Below, in pieces: positions 10,681 to 23,139 of a stretch of 64,000 nucleotides of DNA. Positions within the stretch are counted from its first letter, which is position 1; the number at the start of each line of letters is the position of its first letter. Where the stretch lies: NCBI GenBank assembly GCA_030295235.1, contig AP026129.1, positions 682,001 to 746,000 on the forward strand. The letters are read 5' to 3'. The notes beneath the pieces were generated by a model. The model was not told the DNA's origin. It saw only the letters and a program-made list of their open reading frames with translations, and did not search any database. This DNA is from Fistulifera solaris. Its lineage: Eukaryota. The position numbers and the translations under genes were made by a program.

Positions 10681-11984
10681 TTACTCAATACACTGACAGA
10701 AAGACTGCATCATAATTGGTTTCGATTCGCCATTCCAGGTTAATTCAATTTTTGTTTCTTCCGGGATATACTCGTAATCGAACAAAGCCTGCCACTCTTC
10801 CAATGATACAATTTCTACCGACGGACATTGATGGACTTGGCCTGCCGCGGCGTAAGCAGCTCGAATATGCGGTGCATACTGGTCATGCACCGCAGAGTCT
10901 TGCAGATACGACCAGAGACATGGAGGGATACGATGCGTCGCATGCCGTGTGCACCACAAGAATTGCGGATCGAAGACCGGTCGCTCCCCCGTGGACGTTT
11001 TCATGTACTTGCGCCACCTTTGACACCAAGTTTTCGGCAATATGCAGTACCTTTGACACGGCTCCATATTGATTGAGCCATGTCGACTGAAAAAAGCTTG
11101 CAGCGCGTGTCGAATCGGCTCTTGCTTCTTGTGAAGGGCTTGCTGAGCTTGACGTTGGTACTCTTGTTGCTGACGCTGCTCCAACTGCTGACACTTCCAA
11201 CAAGAGTCATGAGATACAAGTGGTGTTGATTCAGGGAAGAGTCTTCGTAGAGCATTCCAATCTTGCGACTTGAGCATGCGTTTCCGAGCACGGTCACTTT
11301 TCTGGTTCGAGCAGAGCTTTAATTGTAAGTGTTCGCACAAAAGATCGGCATTCATGTCAGGCCACGGAGGCATGGCATCCGAAAGACGTCGTTGTTGACG
11401 ACGCGCTACCTTCTTTTGCGTTTTTGGGTCGTGTTTGCTTGCTTTCGATGCTCCATCGATTCGAGCCACAGTAAAGCCGTTTTGCACCAAGCTTTACTGA
11501 CGACGAATTCCCCGCAGTCTTTGGCTTCCGGTTGAGACAATACTCGAGCAACAATGAGGAATTCCATATTGCGCAAATGTTCGAATGTTAAAGTCTCACT
11601 ATTTGCAGGGGCGTACTGCACGGGTTCAGTTTCAAACCCAGCGGTGAGGTGCTTGGGGTAAACGTGGTCCGCGGCGTGTCGAACGGTTTGATTCACCAAT
11701 GACGGTTGAGCATAAAATCGGCAGGTCTGATGCACGGCTGCTAAATCAAATGCTCGCAAAAATGTCAACATTTGTACTTGCAACTCGGGAGGTAAAGAGA
11801 GCAGAGGACATAAAGTAATAGCTGAAGGCTTGTTCGGGGTACCAGTACTGAGAGGAACAGATGTTTCGGTGATTGTCACTGTGCTATCATCCTGGTTCTC
11901 TTTCGAATGCAGCACTAGATTACAGGTTTCCTCAAGAAGATGTTCAAGCTCAGTTAACCGGTTATTCTCGTGCGTCTTCACCAT
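10681..11984 (-). CDS. F-box-like plus two DUSP-like domains; split by a frameshift near 11410-11460
   Basis: F-box motif LLSLPPELQVQMLTFLRAFDLAAVHQTCR. DUSP-like motifs FVVSKAW..., NADLLCEH..., DWNALRRLFP and YCILPKTWCQRWRKY...LWCTRH...VSLEEWQAL. ORFs 11406..11984 and 10681..11490 overlap. Confidence 0.6.
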
Positions 11985-13010
11985 TTTCGTGGCCCACCAA
12001 ACAGGTGGCGTGTTTTAGCTGCGGCTGTTGTCAACTGTATCAAATTAAGGCCGTTGTAACCCAGATTCCTTACCGCTCTCTCTGGAAATCGAACAATCAT
12101 ACAAGTAAGAACGATGTACGACTGGTATTTAATAAAATGATCAAGTGAAGTTGGAATAATGAAGATAAGCATGTCTTTTTCAACAGCGTCACCCGTCACT
12201 CTTCATGAGGGAGATTCAAAGTGGAACGCCGGTCTGCATCGAGGTGTTCTGTGTTCTGCTTTCGTTCTGAGAATCTTCCGTGTCACATCGTTACAACTAC
12301 GTCACCGAACACGAACACCGAACACCGAATAGCAACAAAACTGGCTGGCCGTCGTCACAAAGGAGCGCTCTCATTTTGAAATGTGTTTTCTCCACACCAA
12401 TTTGATTATATTACCATGTGATACATTTGCGATGCGCAATTAGATCGTTGAGCTATCATTTCCGCTGGATCTAGAGGTCACAGATCCTACCTAAACGCCT
12501 CGGGTACACATTTAGCCATATCAAATTTATACTGTACTGTTTACTGTAGTATCGACAAAGGAGGTAAGAAAAATAATCGAAGCGCTGCGTTTTGTTCTTG
12601 TTGTTGTTGATGGTAAAACAATCAAAAGAACCCTTTAACAGCGTAATGGGGTTTTAGTTGCTTTCACCGCCCTCATCGCTGTTTTGGCTAGTTTTCTAGC
12701 TGAGGCGGTTTGTATACTGAAACGAAAGTTTCACGTTTGTTTTGCTGTAACAATCTTCGTCTCTTGCACTCCGAGGAAATTGTGATCTGTCTGATGCGCC
12801 AATCTGTGCCAAGCAGCGGGGAAAACTGCTCGTTACTGTTAGCTTTGAATTTGTTTGCAATAAGAGTGTAAAAGGCCTTCGCCAAGATGCATATTAGATG
12901 ATGCTACGAGAAGTCGCCGATGAAGTCCCCATTTGTCTTGCGGCGTGTCGCTAAATTGGTCCTGCAAGTTGGAACGATTGTTGGGGCTGACAAATGATAT
13001 GAGAAAGAAA

Positions 13011-13031
13011 GAGAGAGAGAGAGAGAGAGAG
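13011..13031. repeat. (GA)n microsatellite inside the transposon
   Basis: About 10 GA units. Confidence 0.9.
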
Positions 13032-13586
13032 CTGTTGGCCATGGTTCGAAGATTAATAACCAAAAGGTGTGTTCGCAATATTCTTTTCATGTTTCATCTC
13101 AGCACCTCTCAGAGACAAGGCCGACCAATGTCCATGAAGTAGACACCATTCAACGCAAATCATGTGTGTTCTTCATTTTTTGACTTAAAAAATACGGCCC
13201 TATGTAGTTAAAAGCTCTCATTAGAGTTTCTCTTCTTGACTTCTGACCTGCTCTTACCACAACGTATCATTTCTAGAGTCAATGATCTTTTTAACTGACA
13301 GACCAATAATGAGCATTATTCCCTTAAATAGTAACTAGTATTCTGAAACTAAAGATCGCTTGCGGTGTATACCTTGCAATCGTTAGTTGGTCTTATTTAT
13401 TGAGACATGCCGGGACTGGAATTTCTGGTCGTTTGGAACGCATCGTCTATTGGAACGCGCAGATGCACATTCTCGCATTTACAACTACTCCGTATTACTA
13501 CTATTTTATCTCGCATTATCATCGACCACAAAAAGGCGCGATCGATCCTCCAATTTAAATCATTATGCAGTCTACTATGAGTGTCA

Positions 13587-16500
13587 TTACGCTTCTTTGA
13601 AATTAAACTCGACACCTTCCCCGCGAATCACAAAGCTCGTTGGATCGAATTCGCTCATATCGGCATCCTCGTTCTCAATGCGCCACAATCGTTTCTCGTC
13701 TTCCATTAAAAAGGCTTTCCACTCTTTCCATTTAACATCTTTTGCTGCTCGATTATCAGGGACAACAATGTTTTGAGCTTGAATTTCTCTCATGAATTGC
13801 GCGAAGTGCAAATTCTTTCTGAGGTCGTTCACCGGAATTCGCCCCGCAGCTCTACCTGGTAAGTCCACTCCTCTCTTTCTCGATCGTGAGTTTGCTTTGA
13901 GTGGATCATCTTTAACCTGTAGCAACCCCTCAACAGCCGCATTTGTTCGCAATGCTTGCAGCCCATTTTGCTTTGACAGTAAGCGCGTTTCGATCATTGA
14001 TCGAGCAGCGCTGTATTCTTCTGCCCCCAAGCGCAAAGAGATCGCTGCCAGTTGTGTTTGCTTTATACTGGCCATATCGGCAATGTACTTGATTGCATCT
14101 TTCTCCCGAAGCCGTATTCTTTTACCAGAATCTCGTCCGCCATCGCTATCGCTCTCCTCTGTTTCATCGTCCTCTCTGCTGCTGCCCATAATGAAATCGT
14201 TGGATGCGATAGCCATTATATTTGCGCCTGTCTCTGTCTTTCCTGTTTTTTTGATGTTAGCGGTGGCTTTTACAAGTCGTTCTTGATTTTGCGCTGAACT
14301 TGGTTCCGCGGCGAAATGACTTAACACAAATGCTCTGTGCGGGTTTGCTAGAGTATTGCTTCGGTCCCAGATATCGTTTCCATTGGCAATAAATTCAAGA
14401 ATAGCCACACACTGAGTCACCAAAGGGTCTGCTCGAGTTGCCGCTATTGAATCCTTGGAGTGCTCGCGGAGCCACTTATTGAAATTATGTGTGTTGATTG
14501 ATCTTCCTATCATTACCGATTCATATTGAGGAGAATTCAGTTGACAATCAACCTCATGGCCCAACAGAAGTAACGATACTATTCTCCCTGTTTCATGTTC
14601 TCCGAAAGCTGCACGAAGAAGCCGCAATGAATTTACGTAGCGCTGATTGTGTTTAATCACCTGGACTATTGCTATTTTGAAAAATCGCTCTGGGAGCTCT
14701 TCTTTGGTCGCGTTCTCTTTGGTAGTAAGGCCGTTCAAAATTGAAACAAAGTCAGCAAAGTTTGGATGTGTTCGCCATGATCCTTGTAGTTCCTCGAGCA
14801 ACTTGATGTCAGAAAAGTATCTTACAACGCGATGAAACGTAAGAAATCCAGGTTCTCCAATATTTGGATCAAGCTTCCCGTTCCACTTCATAGCCGGATT
14901 TACAAATGATTTAGCAAAGGCTGCAATAAAGGCCACATCAGCATGCAGCATTGATTCGCTCATCAAAGAAAGCAATCCGCTTGCAATCCTATTGGATCTT
15001 GTGTCGCTTTTGTTTTTGTTCATGACCATTGTACAGATGACCAACACTATTTGATAATAAAGAAGAAGCCACGCCGCTAGTTTCCCAAAAGTCCACCAAC
15101 GGGTGATCAGGGGCTCTTGAATGTTGGCAATAAGTCCTTTGGGAACCTCTACATTTGGATAAGAGATCTTCCAACATTCAGCCGCAAGCATGCGCCACGA
15201 ACCAGGTGAGTTTGCCTCAATGTCTTTGTACATATCAAAGACGGCGTGGATTAAATGTGCCGCATTTCGATTATCTATCCCACCATCACCGATAAGTTGC
15301 TTACAGGGAAGGCGCAAAACAGATTGGACATCGTGATTGCCACAAGAATTTCCTCCATTCTGATGGCGTGCCTGGTCAATTCGGTTAAGTTCGTATAGCA
15401 TGTTAAAGAGCGACTCTGGTGTTCCGCCACCTGAATCACATGTCAGATCACATAGACGAAGTGTCGGTAAGTTGAAGGTGTTTGTAAGCGTAAAGTCAAT
15501 TCCGTGGGCAATCTCACTGGCCTTCTTGCCACTTTTTGCGAGACCAGCAAAAATTCGTACAATTGAACCCTCTGATGTTTGTGTTGTATTGCTCGCATCC
15601 CAAAGATTGAATGCTTGCACAGAAGACCCATCGGGGGCCCCATCTTCCTGGACCTATACTTCATCTGCTTTTTCCATACGATCTGCAGCAATTATGGTCT
15701 GATCGACTGCAAGCTCTTTTATGTAGTCCGTTATAGTTGAGGCCGCAGGAGAGCAATTTGCTATCTTTCCGATTGAATATACTTCGCCGTGGATTTTAGT
15801 ATTCAGTCCTAACTCAGCAAAAAATGTCCACCTAGCAATTGCGATGAGACGTGACGTGGACTCTACGGAAACGGTGGGGTGGGCGGCGGCAAACGCAGCG
15901 ATTAGCGTACGTGATTGTTTTGTTGACACGCACGACTTCATTTTTAGTTTTGCTCGAATTGCATTCATGAAGAGCTTTTCCTTTTGAGCTTCTTTAGGCT
16001 GCTCTTGTCAACAACACAGTAATTGTTTGGCACATCTCTCACAACATGGCCGCATTTAACTTTCCAATCGGACAAACCCATCCCTGACTTGATTTTTTCT
16101 TTCTGAAGTGGGCTTCTTTCATCAGCGATGTAGTGGACCTTTTTAGAGAGTAAGAGTCTCGTCTGAAATCAAGGCTGTTGTGTATCATGATGGGTGGACC
16201 CGCGAAGTGCTCTGATGGACTCTTCATTGTAAGCCATTTTCCAGGCGATGCGCATCTTATCAAGAGCTTGCTGTCGTGGATCTGTAGCAACAATTGCCTC
16301 TTTTGTTTCTTGTTGTTGAGCTTCAATTGTTTTCTTTTCATCTTCTGTTATTTTTGTATTTACTTTTTTGACTCTTTCATTGGCTACGGCTTGCATCCCC
16401 ACTTCAGGAGAAGGAGGAATTTTACGACAGAAGCTGAGTGACTCGTCATAGCGATCCTGCCATTGTTCTACTGTAATGTCTGTGCTGAGTAAAGCCTTCT

Positions 16501-16699
16501 TGATGTGCATAGTGCCACTGTGTATTAAATAGAAGTTGCACAAAGTCGGGCGCTGACAGCCTTCCCGAGTAATGGAACCGGATTGCGTTTTAATGGAGAG
16601 TGTATGCAGATCGGCGCCATTGGTTCCTTCAGCAAATTCTCTCAGCACTCGCGCAACCGTTTTTTGGGGGGAATGGAGTAGCTGTAAAGCAGCCAACAA
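13587..16699 (-). pseudogene. Disrupted DDE transposase (hAT/hATm-like)
   Basis: Candidate D1 in EV*VQEDG (in-frame TAG at 15654-15656 joins ORFs 15654..15968 and 13587..15620). Also D2 in LTCDSGGG, a CxxH motif CGNH, TRWW, and candidate E in PSSAQNQERLVK. Further frameshifted fragments extend to about 16700. Confidence 0.75.
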
Positions 16700-17970
16700 G
16701 AATCGTCCAAGCTTCTGGTGGCATCCACCTCCCGTGAAAACGTGGGTCGGCTAAGATTTTCTTTAGAAGCTCACGTGCATCTTGTATTGTCATTTTTGTA
16801 GCCAAAACGACACGAGTTAAAAGATGCTTAAAAGATGTTGTAACTTGTGTTTAATTTTATGTGTTTATTAAATGGTCTTTTAATTGGAGCTAAAATGATG
16901 ATGATCGAAGCAGTTTCGTGGAAACCTTTCACTTTTTGAGCATGGCTTTCGTGGTTTTGTGGGAGAAAAGTTTTTCGACAGGTTTTGAGGTGATTCGTGA
17001 ATAAAAGCAGTCATGAGCAGAGGCGTTTGTAGGGGTTTTGTGTACTCTAGGATCGTTGGTCGTGGATCTTGACTATACACCGAAAGTGTTGGCGACTTTT
17101 CGACAAGACTCAAGTTAGCCTCAAGCTCAGTCCTGAGTATGAACTAATGGTTCGCTAGTTTATTTGTCAAATTATCGAAACGCTCTCATTTTGAAATGTG
17201 TTTCTCCACACCAATTCGATTATATTACCATGTGATACATTTGCGATGCGCAATTTGATCGTTGAGCTATCATTTCCGCTGGATCGTTGGTCGTGGATCT
17301 TGACTATACACCGAAAGTGTTGGCGACTTTTCGACAAGACTCAAGTTAGACCCAAGCTCAGTCCTGAGTATCGTCACTCGAAACTCGAAACCCGAGACTG
17401 ACTCACTCCTCGATCCTCGACAAGAAAATATGCCCACACTGTAGGGTTTTTTGTGGGGAAGTGCGTGTCTCCGTGTATACCGAAAGTCCAAGCACTATAA
17501 AGCTACTGTGAAACGAATACGGTAAGTTGAACCTAATCTTTCAATCTGTCCGAATGCGTTCTACGACTACGATGTGCAGCAATGCGGCTTCATTGAAGTT
17601 TCCAGTTTCCTGTTTCCTGGGTTGTATGTGGGGAGACTTGTAATGCAACTTGCACTAATTTTTGTCGTACAACCTCATAAGGGCCTTCTACACGACAGAC
17701 TATAGTGATTACTGGTTATTAAGACCCTTGTCCGAAGTGTTTCGTTACAGTAAGATACTATTTCTTCTAACTTCTAATTTAAAATTATAAACTGTACAGC
17801 GAAGTCGAACAACCAAGCAAACAAAGAACTAACCAACTCATTCTCTTCCGTCTTTCGTCATCCTTCAACGTCCACGTTCACGCGCTTGCCGCAGAACGAT
17901 CAGGAAGCCCGAACCGCAAAAGCATTCATTATTATTGCAACGAACAAACTTCAAAGCGACGATTGTTAAG

Positions 17971-18633
17971 ATGGAGCTTACCACCATTAACTTTTCGGAT
18001 TATCCAGACAATCATAGACCATTCACCGGCATCAGCGGTGGTTCCGAGCACACGGCAATGACTGGGTCGCCACGGAGACGGAAAGAAGCGAAATGCAACA
18101 GCGACCCACGAATATGGATCCGCTCGAATCATAGTCTCCAATCCGCTGGGAAAGTAACGAAGCGCTCAAAGTCTGTACAAAGCTCTATTTTACCCTTTTA
18201 CAAACGAAAATCTTACACAAAGTGTTCCCACAATGCTTCGTTTGTCACGAACGGAGATACGACATCAGGGATGGATTTGATCCACGCCATGAGATTGAGT
18301 AATCATCTTGGAGGAATACGAGATCGTAAACTTGAAAGTAGCCTGAAATTAGAAGCACTTTGTATACGAAACCCCGAAACGACAAGGAAGAACATTTTCT
18401 TTTTTAAACCGGAGAGCGTGTCACGGCCTACCGAAGATACCATTCTTTCGACGAATAGTCCATCCTCCACGAATGTCAAGGTGAATCCTGCGTGGAAAGA
18501 AATTCTGCATACAAAAGATATTTTTAGACTCGACTATCCTCCGTGCTCACAAGTCGAAATTGATCACGATGCACAGTGCGTTATGAGCCGCTCGGAATCA
18601 TGTGTTACCATTGATTCGATGTTGGTCGACTGA
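17971..18633 (+). CDS. Hypothetical protein, no recognisable domain
   Basis: About 220-codon ORF from ATG 17971, Ser/Lys-rich. Supported by length only. Confidence 0.4.
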   Translation: MELTTINFSDYPDNHRPFTGISGGSEHTAMTGSPRRRKEAKCNSDPRIWIRSNHSLQSAGKVTKRSKSVQSSILPFYKRKSYTKCSHNASFVTNGDTTSGMDLIHAMRLSNHLGGIRDRKLESSLKLEALCIRNPETTRKNIFFFKPESVSRPTEDTILSTNSPSSTNVKVNPAWKEILHTKDIFRLDYPPCSQVEIDHDAQCVMSRSESCVTIDSMLVD

Positions 18634-19575
18634 CGAATCTACCATACTTTTTTCATTCTCAATCGGACGAATGCTTCTCGATCCAATGCATAACTTGAAC
18701 AAATTAAATCAGGCTCGCCAGATTTGCGTCATGTGCGACGGTGAAGAGGTGTCTTGCCGCGCAGTATTCAATTGGCTTTAACGTATGCTTCTTAGTTCTT
18801 TATCTGAAATCGAATAAACTTTCAATGCTGCCACTCCCAAGTATAAAGCTCTTTATAATTTTATTATGTATTTTCTCAATGGCATCGACCACCGCAAGTA
18901 TTCGTAGCGGTAAATACTGCTTGCAATCAAGTTAGGCTCATCGAAAAATAATGATGCATTGACTGCTTTGACTATCCTTCTGCACAAGTAGCGAGTTTTC
19001 CGACATACCAACAGAAGCCTGTGCCAACTAGGTGTCACGTAACTGAGCATCGACGTCTCAGGTCGTGGTCCCTTGCAGGGTAATGGCTTTGATTTGGCCG
19101 TTGAAATTCTAAGAATGGAGTGTGAAGTCATGGACAAGGGGCAGTTAATGCACGACGATGGGGACTTTGCTCTTTCCCGGCAGCCATAATCTCTAAGAGA
19201 TCTGTTCTGACTTCGGCCTACTTCTTGCGTTGCAAATTATTGGACGTGGTTAAGGATTATTGTAGGTTGGAGCGTTTTTTGTATACCTTTTTTTAAAGCT
19301 AACGCCGCACCGAACACCGAATACCAGGAAGATGATCACCATGCTATAAAGAAGTGGTGACTGACTCCTCGGGACTCGCGGGACAGGGGACATTTCCGTT
19401 GACCGAATAGGGACACGGTCATTTTTACGTGCTTCTGGTCATTCTATTATTTTGGATAAATCATTCATCAACTCTTTGCTCCGTCAAGGGGAGCCAGAGA
19501 TCTCGCTGCTGCTCCATTCAAGCGACCTTTCGGTTCTTTGGCCACGCCAAAGAAGCAAAAGATCATTCCAAGACC

Positions 19576-20915
19576 ATGGGTTTCGTTTCGATCGCTGAAG
19601 CTCCCGATCCTAGTATCTTTGAGGGGAAGTGCACGATCTCTGAAGAGGAAGCGCTCTATGCGGAAATCAGCGCCATCAAAGATGAACACTTCGTACTCGA
19701 TGCCAAGGTAGCAAGAAAGGTTGTCAAAGAGGCCGAGAAAAGCTTGGAGGGTAGATTGCCTCCTCGCGACAAGTCGAAAATCAAAGTTCCTTCGTTGTCG
19801 CCACAAGATCTGGATGTTGGTGCTATCTTGGCACTTGGAGGATTCGGCCTCATCAAATCCGTGAAACCGAAGAAGTCGCTCGGCACCGACAAAAAGCTCG
19901 TTTTGAAGACTATCAAGCCACAACCAAAATGGGAAACATTGATTTCGGGCGCCAATCATCTTATGCGCGAAAAATACTTCTTGTCGCAGTTGGATCATGA
20001 AAACATCATCGCGCTTCGCGCCTACTCTTCGGGAGGAAGTCTACGAGCTATCGATGATACCAAACGACTTGATAGTTGCTTTCTCATTCTTGACTACCTC
20101 CCAGAGACGCTTTCTGACCGTATAACAGTGTGGCGCAAAGATAACAAGCCAGAAGCAAACTCTTCGGGGGTAAAGGTTTCTTCTTCAAAACCGAAAAAAT
20201 GTCCACAAACAACAAGCTGCTGGCCATACAACTCCAAATCGCGATGGATATTGCTGCAGCTTTGACCTACTTGCACGAAAACCGAATTATCTACCGTGAC
20301 TTGAAGCCTAGTAAGTACGATCGTACTGTTGTCCTTCCTAACTGAAATTGTCCAGTGTTTCTCGTGATTATCGATCGCTAACACATTGCTCTGTTTCCGG
20401 ATCTTAGCTAACGTCGGGTTTGACCAAGATGGTGTTTTGAAGTTGTTTGATTTCGGTTTGGCGACTCAGCTAGCCAAAGATAGCGACTTGGATTCTACGC
20501 ATGATCACCTTTCGGGCAAAGTAGGCACAACAAGGGTACGAACCGCTGAAAAGTCCTAATGTTTTCTTTCTCGTCCAAAGATGACGCCTCTAACTATAGT
20601 TCTGTTGTTCTTTATCCCTCTTCACTTTAGTACATGGCTCCCGAAGTTCTTCGCAAGGAACCCTACAATGTCAAAGCGGATGTCTTTTCGTTTTCTTTGG
20701 TCCTATGGGAGCTTCTGGCAATGGAGAAGCCTCATGAGAAAATGCCTGGAGCTGCGGTATATGGCGATAGACCTAAGCTTCCTCGATCTTGGCCGGAAGC
20801 TTTGAAGCGGATCATTGAAAGAGGATGGACGGAAAGCCTGAAGGATCGTCCTCATATTATGGAGTTCAAGTTCGTTCTGAGAGATTTGAAAAGACAAGCT
20901 GACTCGTCGAGTTAA
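19576..20915 (+). CDS. Protein kinase (TKL-like), 2 introns, frameshift near 20195
   Basis: LALGGFG, VLK, YRDLKP|TNVG (intron 20311-20407), DFGLA, GTTR|YMAPE (intron 20536-20630), KADVFSF. The frameshift sits in the A-run at 20195-20200. Confidence 0.88.
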
Positions 20916-21677
20916 TACTTGATGCATCTTCGTCTTTCGAATGGAAAACCATCCGGAACGGCTGCAAAAGTACTAAAATTTGTTGTTTTATTTTAATCTA
21001 ATCTTTATCTAGATTCGTCTGACTTTTTGCCACGATAAGTGGTACGGAACACTGTCAAGACTTGATTGATTGGGATTAGGCTAGACTAGATCAGAGTTCG
21101 ACGCTTTAGGAGCAACGAGAAAAGAAAGATCATGCCTGTCGTCCAAGGAAAACATTATTTCAAGCGTTCTACAACAAAATATTCTCTTGTATTTTATGTC
21201 CAACAAGTTTAGATGATGGCAATCACACCTTTTATGAACGTACCAACTCTTTCCTCAAACTAGGTCCACTCGCATCGTTTAACCTTGGAAAGAATGCGCT
21301 AATGTTTTCGATCACGCTTTTATTGGGTCATGGGTCATGCGTGGCTGCTCTAGGAAATCTTACGAGAAAGACGAAAGAACAAAAACTTTAGGCCCAACCA
21401 GATCGCACTTTATCCGAAGCCGACTACATGGTACACTTTTCTATCGATATTTTCTACTCCGGAGAAATACCGATATGGTTGCGAATGCAGCTTTGTCAGA
21501 TTTTCTGGATTTTCGGTGAAGGCTCACCAAAAAAATTGCTTCTGCCAAAATAAAGCCAAACAGAGAAAGACCAAACGGGTAATGGAGTAGACGCGAAGTA
21601 CCTCTCATTAGACCATCCACCGAGAAGTCGCTGACTTCATTCACATTCCCTTCGAATAGGACGCTGCAAAGAAGATC

Positions 21678-23139
21678 ATGGGGTTTGTTACGGTCAAGCA
21701 TACGCCAGACCCAACCAAGTTTGAAAAGCAACAGCAGACTTTCTTGCACTCGACGACCAGCCGAACGGTAGATACATCGTACCCATCGATCGGCAACAGC
21801 TCACGAGATGTGAATAAAAATAACCGCCTAGGATCATCAGAATATCTGCTGCAACACAGCCATAATAGTCGACAATCATCACAACAGAGTAGGCAGGAAG
21901 GACAACAATTGCAAAACAGCCAGTCACAAGGGACCTCAAAAGCCCTCTATGAAAGCCAATACATAGATCAAGCAGATCTTACACTAGACGACCAACAAAT
22001 TACTGAAATCGGTGAAATCATTGCTAAAAAAGACGCCGCGATATGAATTCATTTCTTCGACAAAATCTCGTTCAACTTTACAATTGTCACTCGACGACCT
22101 AATAACAGGGCGTGTAATCGGTATAGGAGGGTTCGGAATGGTTCGTAAAGTCAAATCTCCCATTCTCAAAGAAAAAACATTACGCCCTTGTGTTATAAAA
22201 ACTTGTAAGCCATCGTTGGGCCCAAGCATTGTATCGAGTGTAACGCATTTGATGCGAGAGCGCTACTATCTCAGTCATCTAAAACACCCACACATTGTAC
22301 GGATGGTGGCGGCTTCCGAGCACAAAGATCCCATAGAAGCCATTCTACAATCGAAGCGTATCGACGCATGTTTCTTGATACTGGAATATCTTCCTGAAAC
22401 ACTACAGGATCGGATACAATCATGGAAAAAGAGACGACTAGAGTTAGCCAAAAGAGACAAGACAGTGTCATGGAACTTAATACGTGGCCCGCACAACAAT
22501 CGGAATGACACCGCGTTCTCCTTGTTGTCGCAGGCCGACAAAGACTTGTTTGCTCAACAACTCATTGTGGCCTTAGAAGTGGCCAGCGCATTGGAATACT
22601 TGCATTCGCAACGCGTTATTTTTAGGGATTTGAAGCCGTCCAACGTGGGACTCGATTTGAAAGGCAGCGTCAAGATTTATGATTTTGGATTGGCAACGCA
22701 GCTGGCCAACAAGGTAGATTTAGACACCACACACTCATTACCTGGTCGAGTGGGGACGACACGGGTACGTACGAAAAGAATCAGAGCCACAATTACGTTT
22801 TTTTGTTCCTCCATCGACTGTGTAATTTTGCATGCCTTGTACTCATTTCTATTTCTTCAGTACATGGCTCCGGAAGTACTGCGGAATGAACCTTATAATG
22901 TTAAAGCAGATGTCTTTTCCTTTAGTCTTCTCCTTTGGGAAATGATCGCTTTGGAACGTCCGCACGAAAACATGCCGGGCGCGGCTGTTTACGGTGATCG
23001 ACCAAGCATCCCTAAATCATGGCCGGGACAATTTCGTTGTGTACTGAAGCGCGGCTGGTCGGAAAATCTTTCGGAACGACCGCACATACGTGACATGACC
23101 AAAGTGCTGTTGGATTTGTTGCAACAGATGCAGCCGTGA
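21678..23139 (+). CDS. Protein kinase (TKL-like), tandem paralog, 1 intron, frameshift near 22030
   Basis: MGFVT..PDP start resembles the paralog. IGIGGFG, VIK, FRDLKPSNVG, DFGLA, GTTR|YMAPE (96-nt stop-free intron 22765-22860), KADVFSF. Confidence 0.88.

Larger units (their letters stand above)
12472..17049 (-). mobile_element. Cut-and-paste DNA transposon, 4,578 bp, hAT-like DDE transposase, imperfect 30-bp TIRs, 5-bp TSD GGATC
   Basis: GGATC at 12467-12471 and 17050-17054. Left end TAGAGGTCACAGATCCTACCTAAACGCCTC versus reverse complement of right end TAGAGTACACAAAACCCCTACAAACGCCTC (21/30 identical). The empty site has a single GGATC at 17281-17285. Confidence 0.88.
12366..17371. repeat. 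~190-bp tandem duplication: copy 1 (12366-12471 plus 17055-17140) is interrupted by the transposon, copy 2 (17181-17371) is uninterrupted
   Basis: cgctctcattttgaaatgtg...catttccgctGGATCgttggtcgtggatcttgactatacacc...tcctgagtat is present intact at 17181-17371 and split around the element in copy 1. Confidence 0.92.

Noticed and set aside
13587..15620. Fanzor/TnpB-like RNA-guided nuclease cargo
   Set aside because: No RuvC motifs or C-terminal zinc finger; the motifs fit a DDE transposase.
12366..17371. LTR retrotransposon (direct repeats flanking a long ORF)
   Set aside because: No TG..CA ends, PBS, RT or integrase. The repeats are a duplicated target split by a TIR element.
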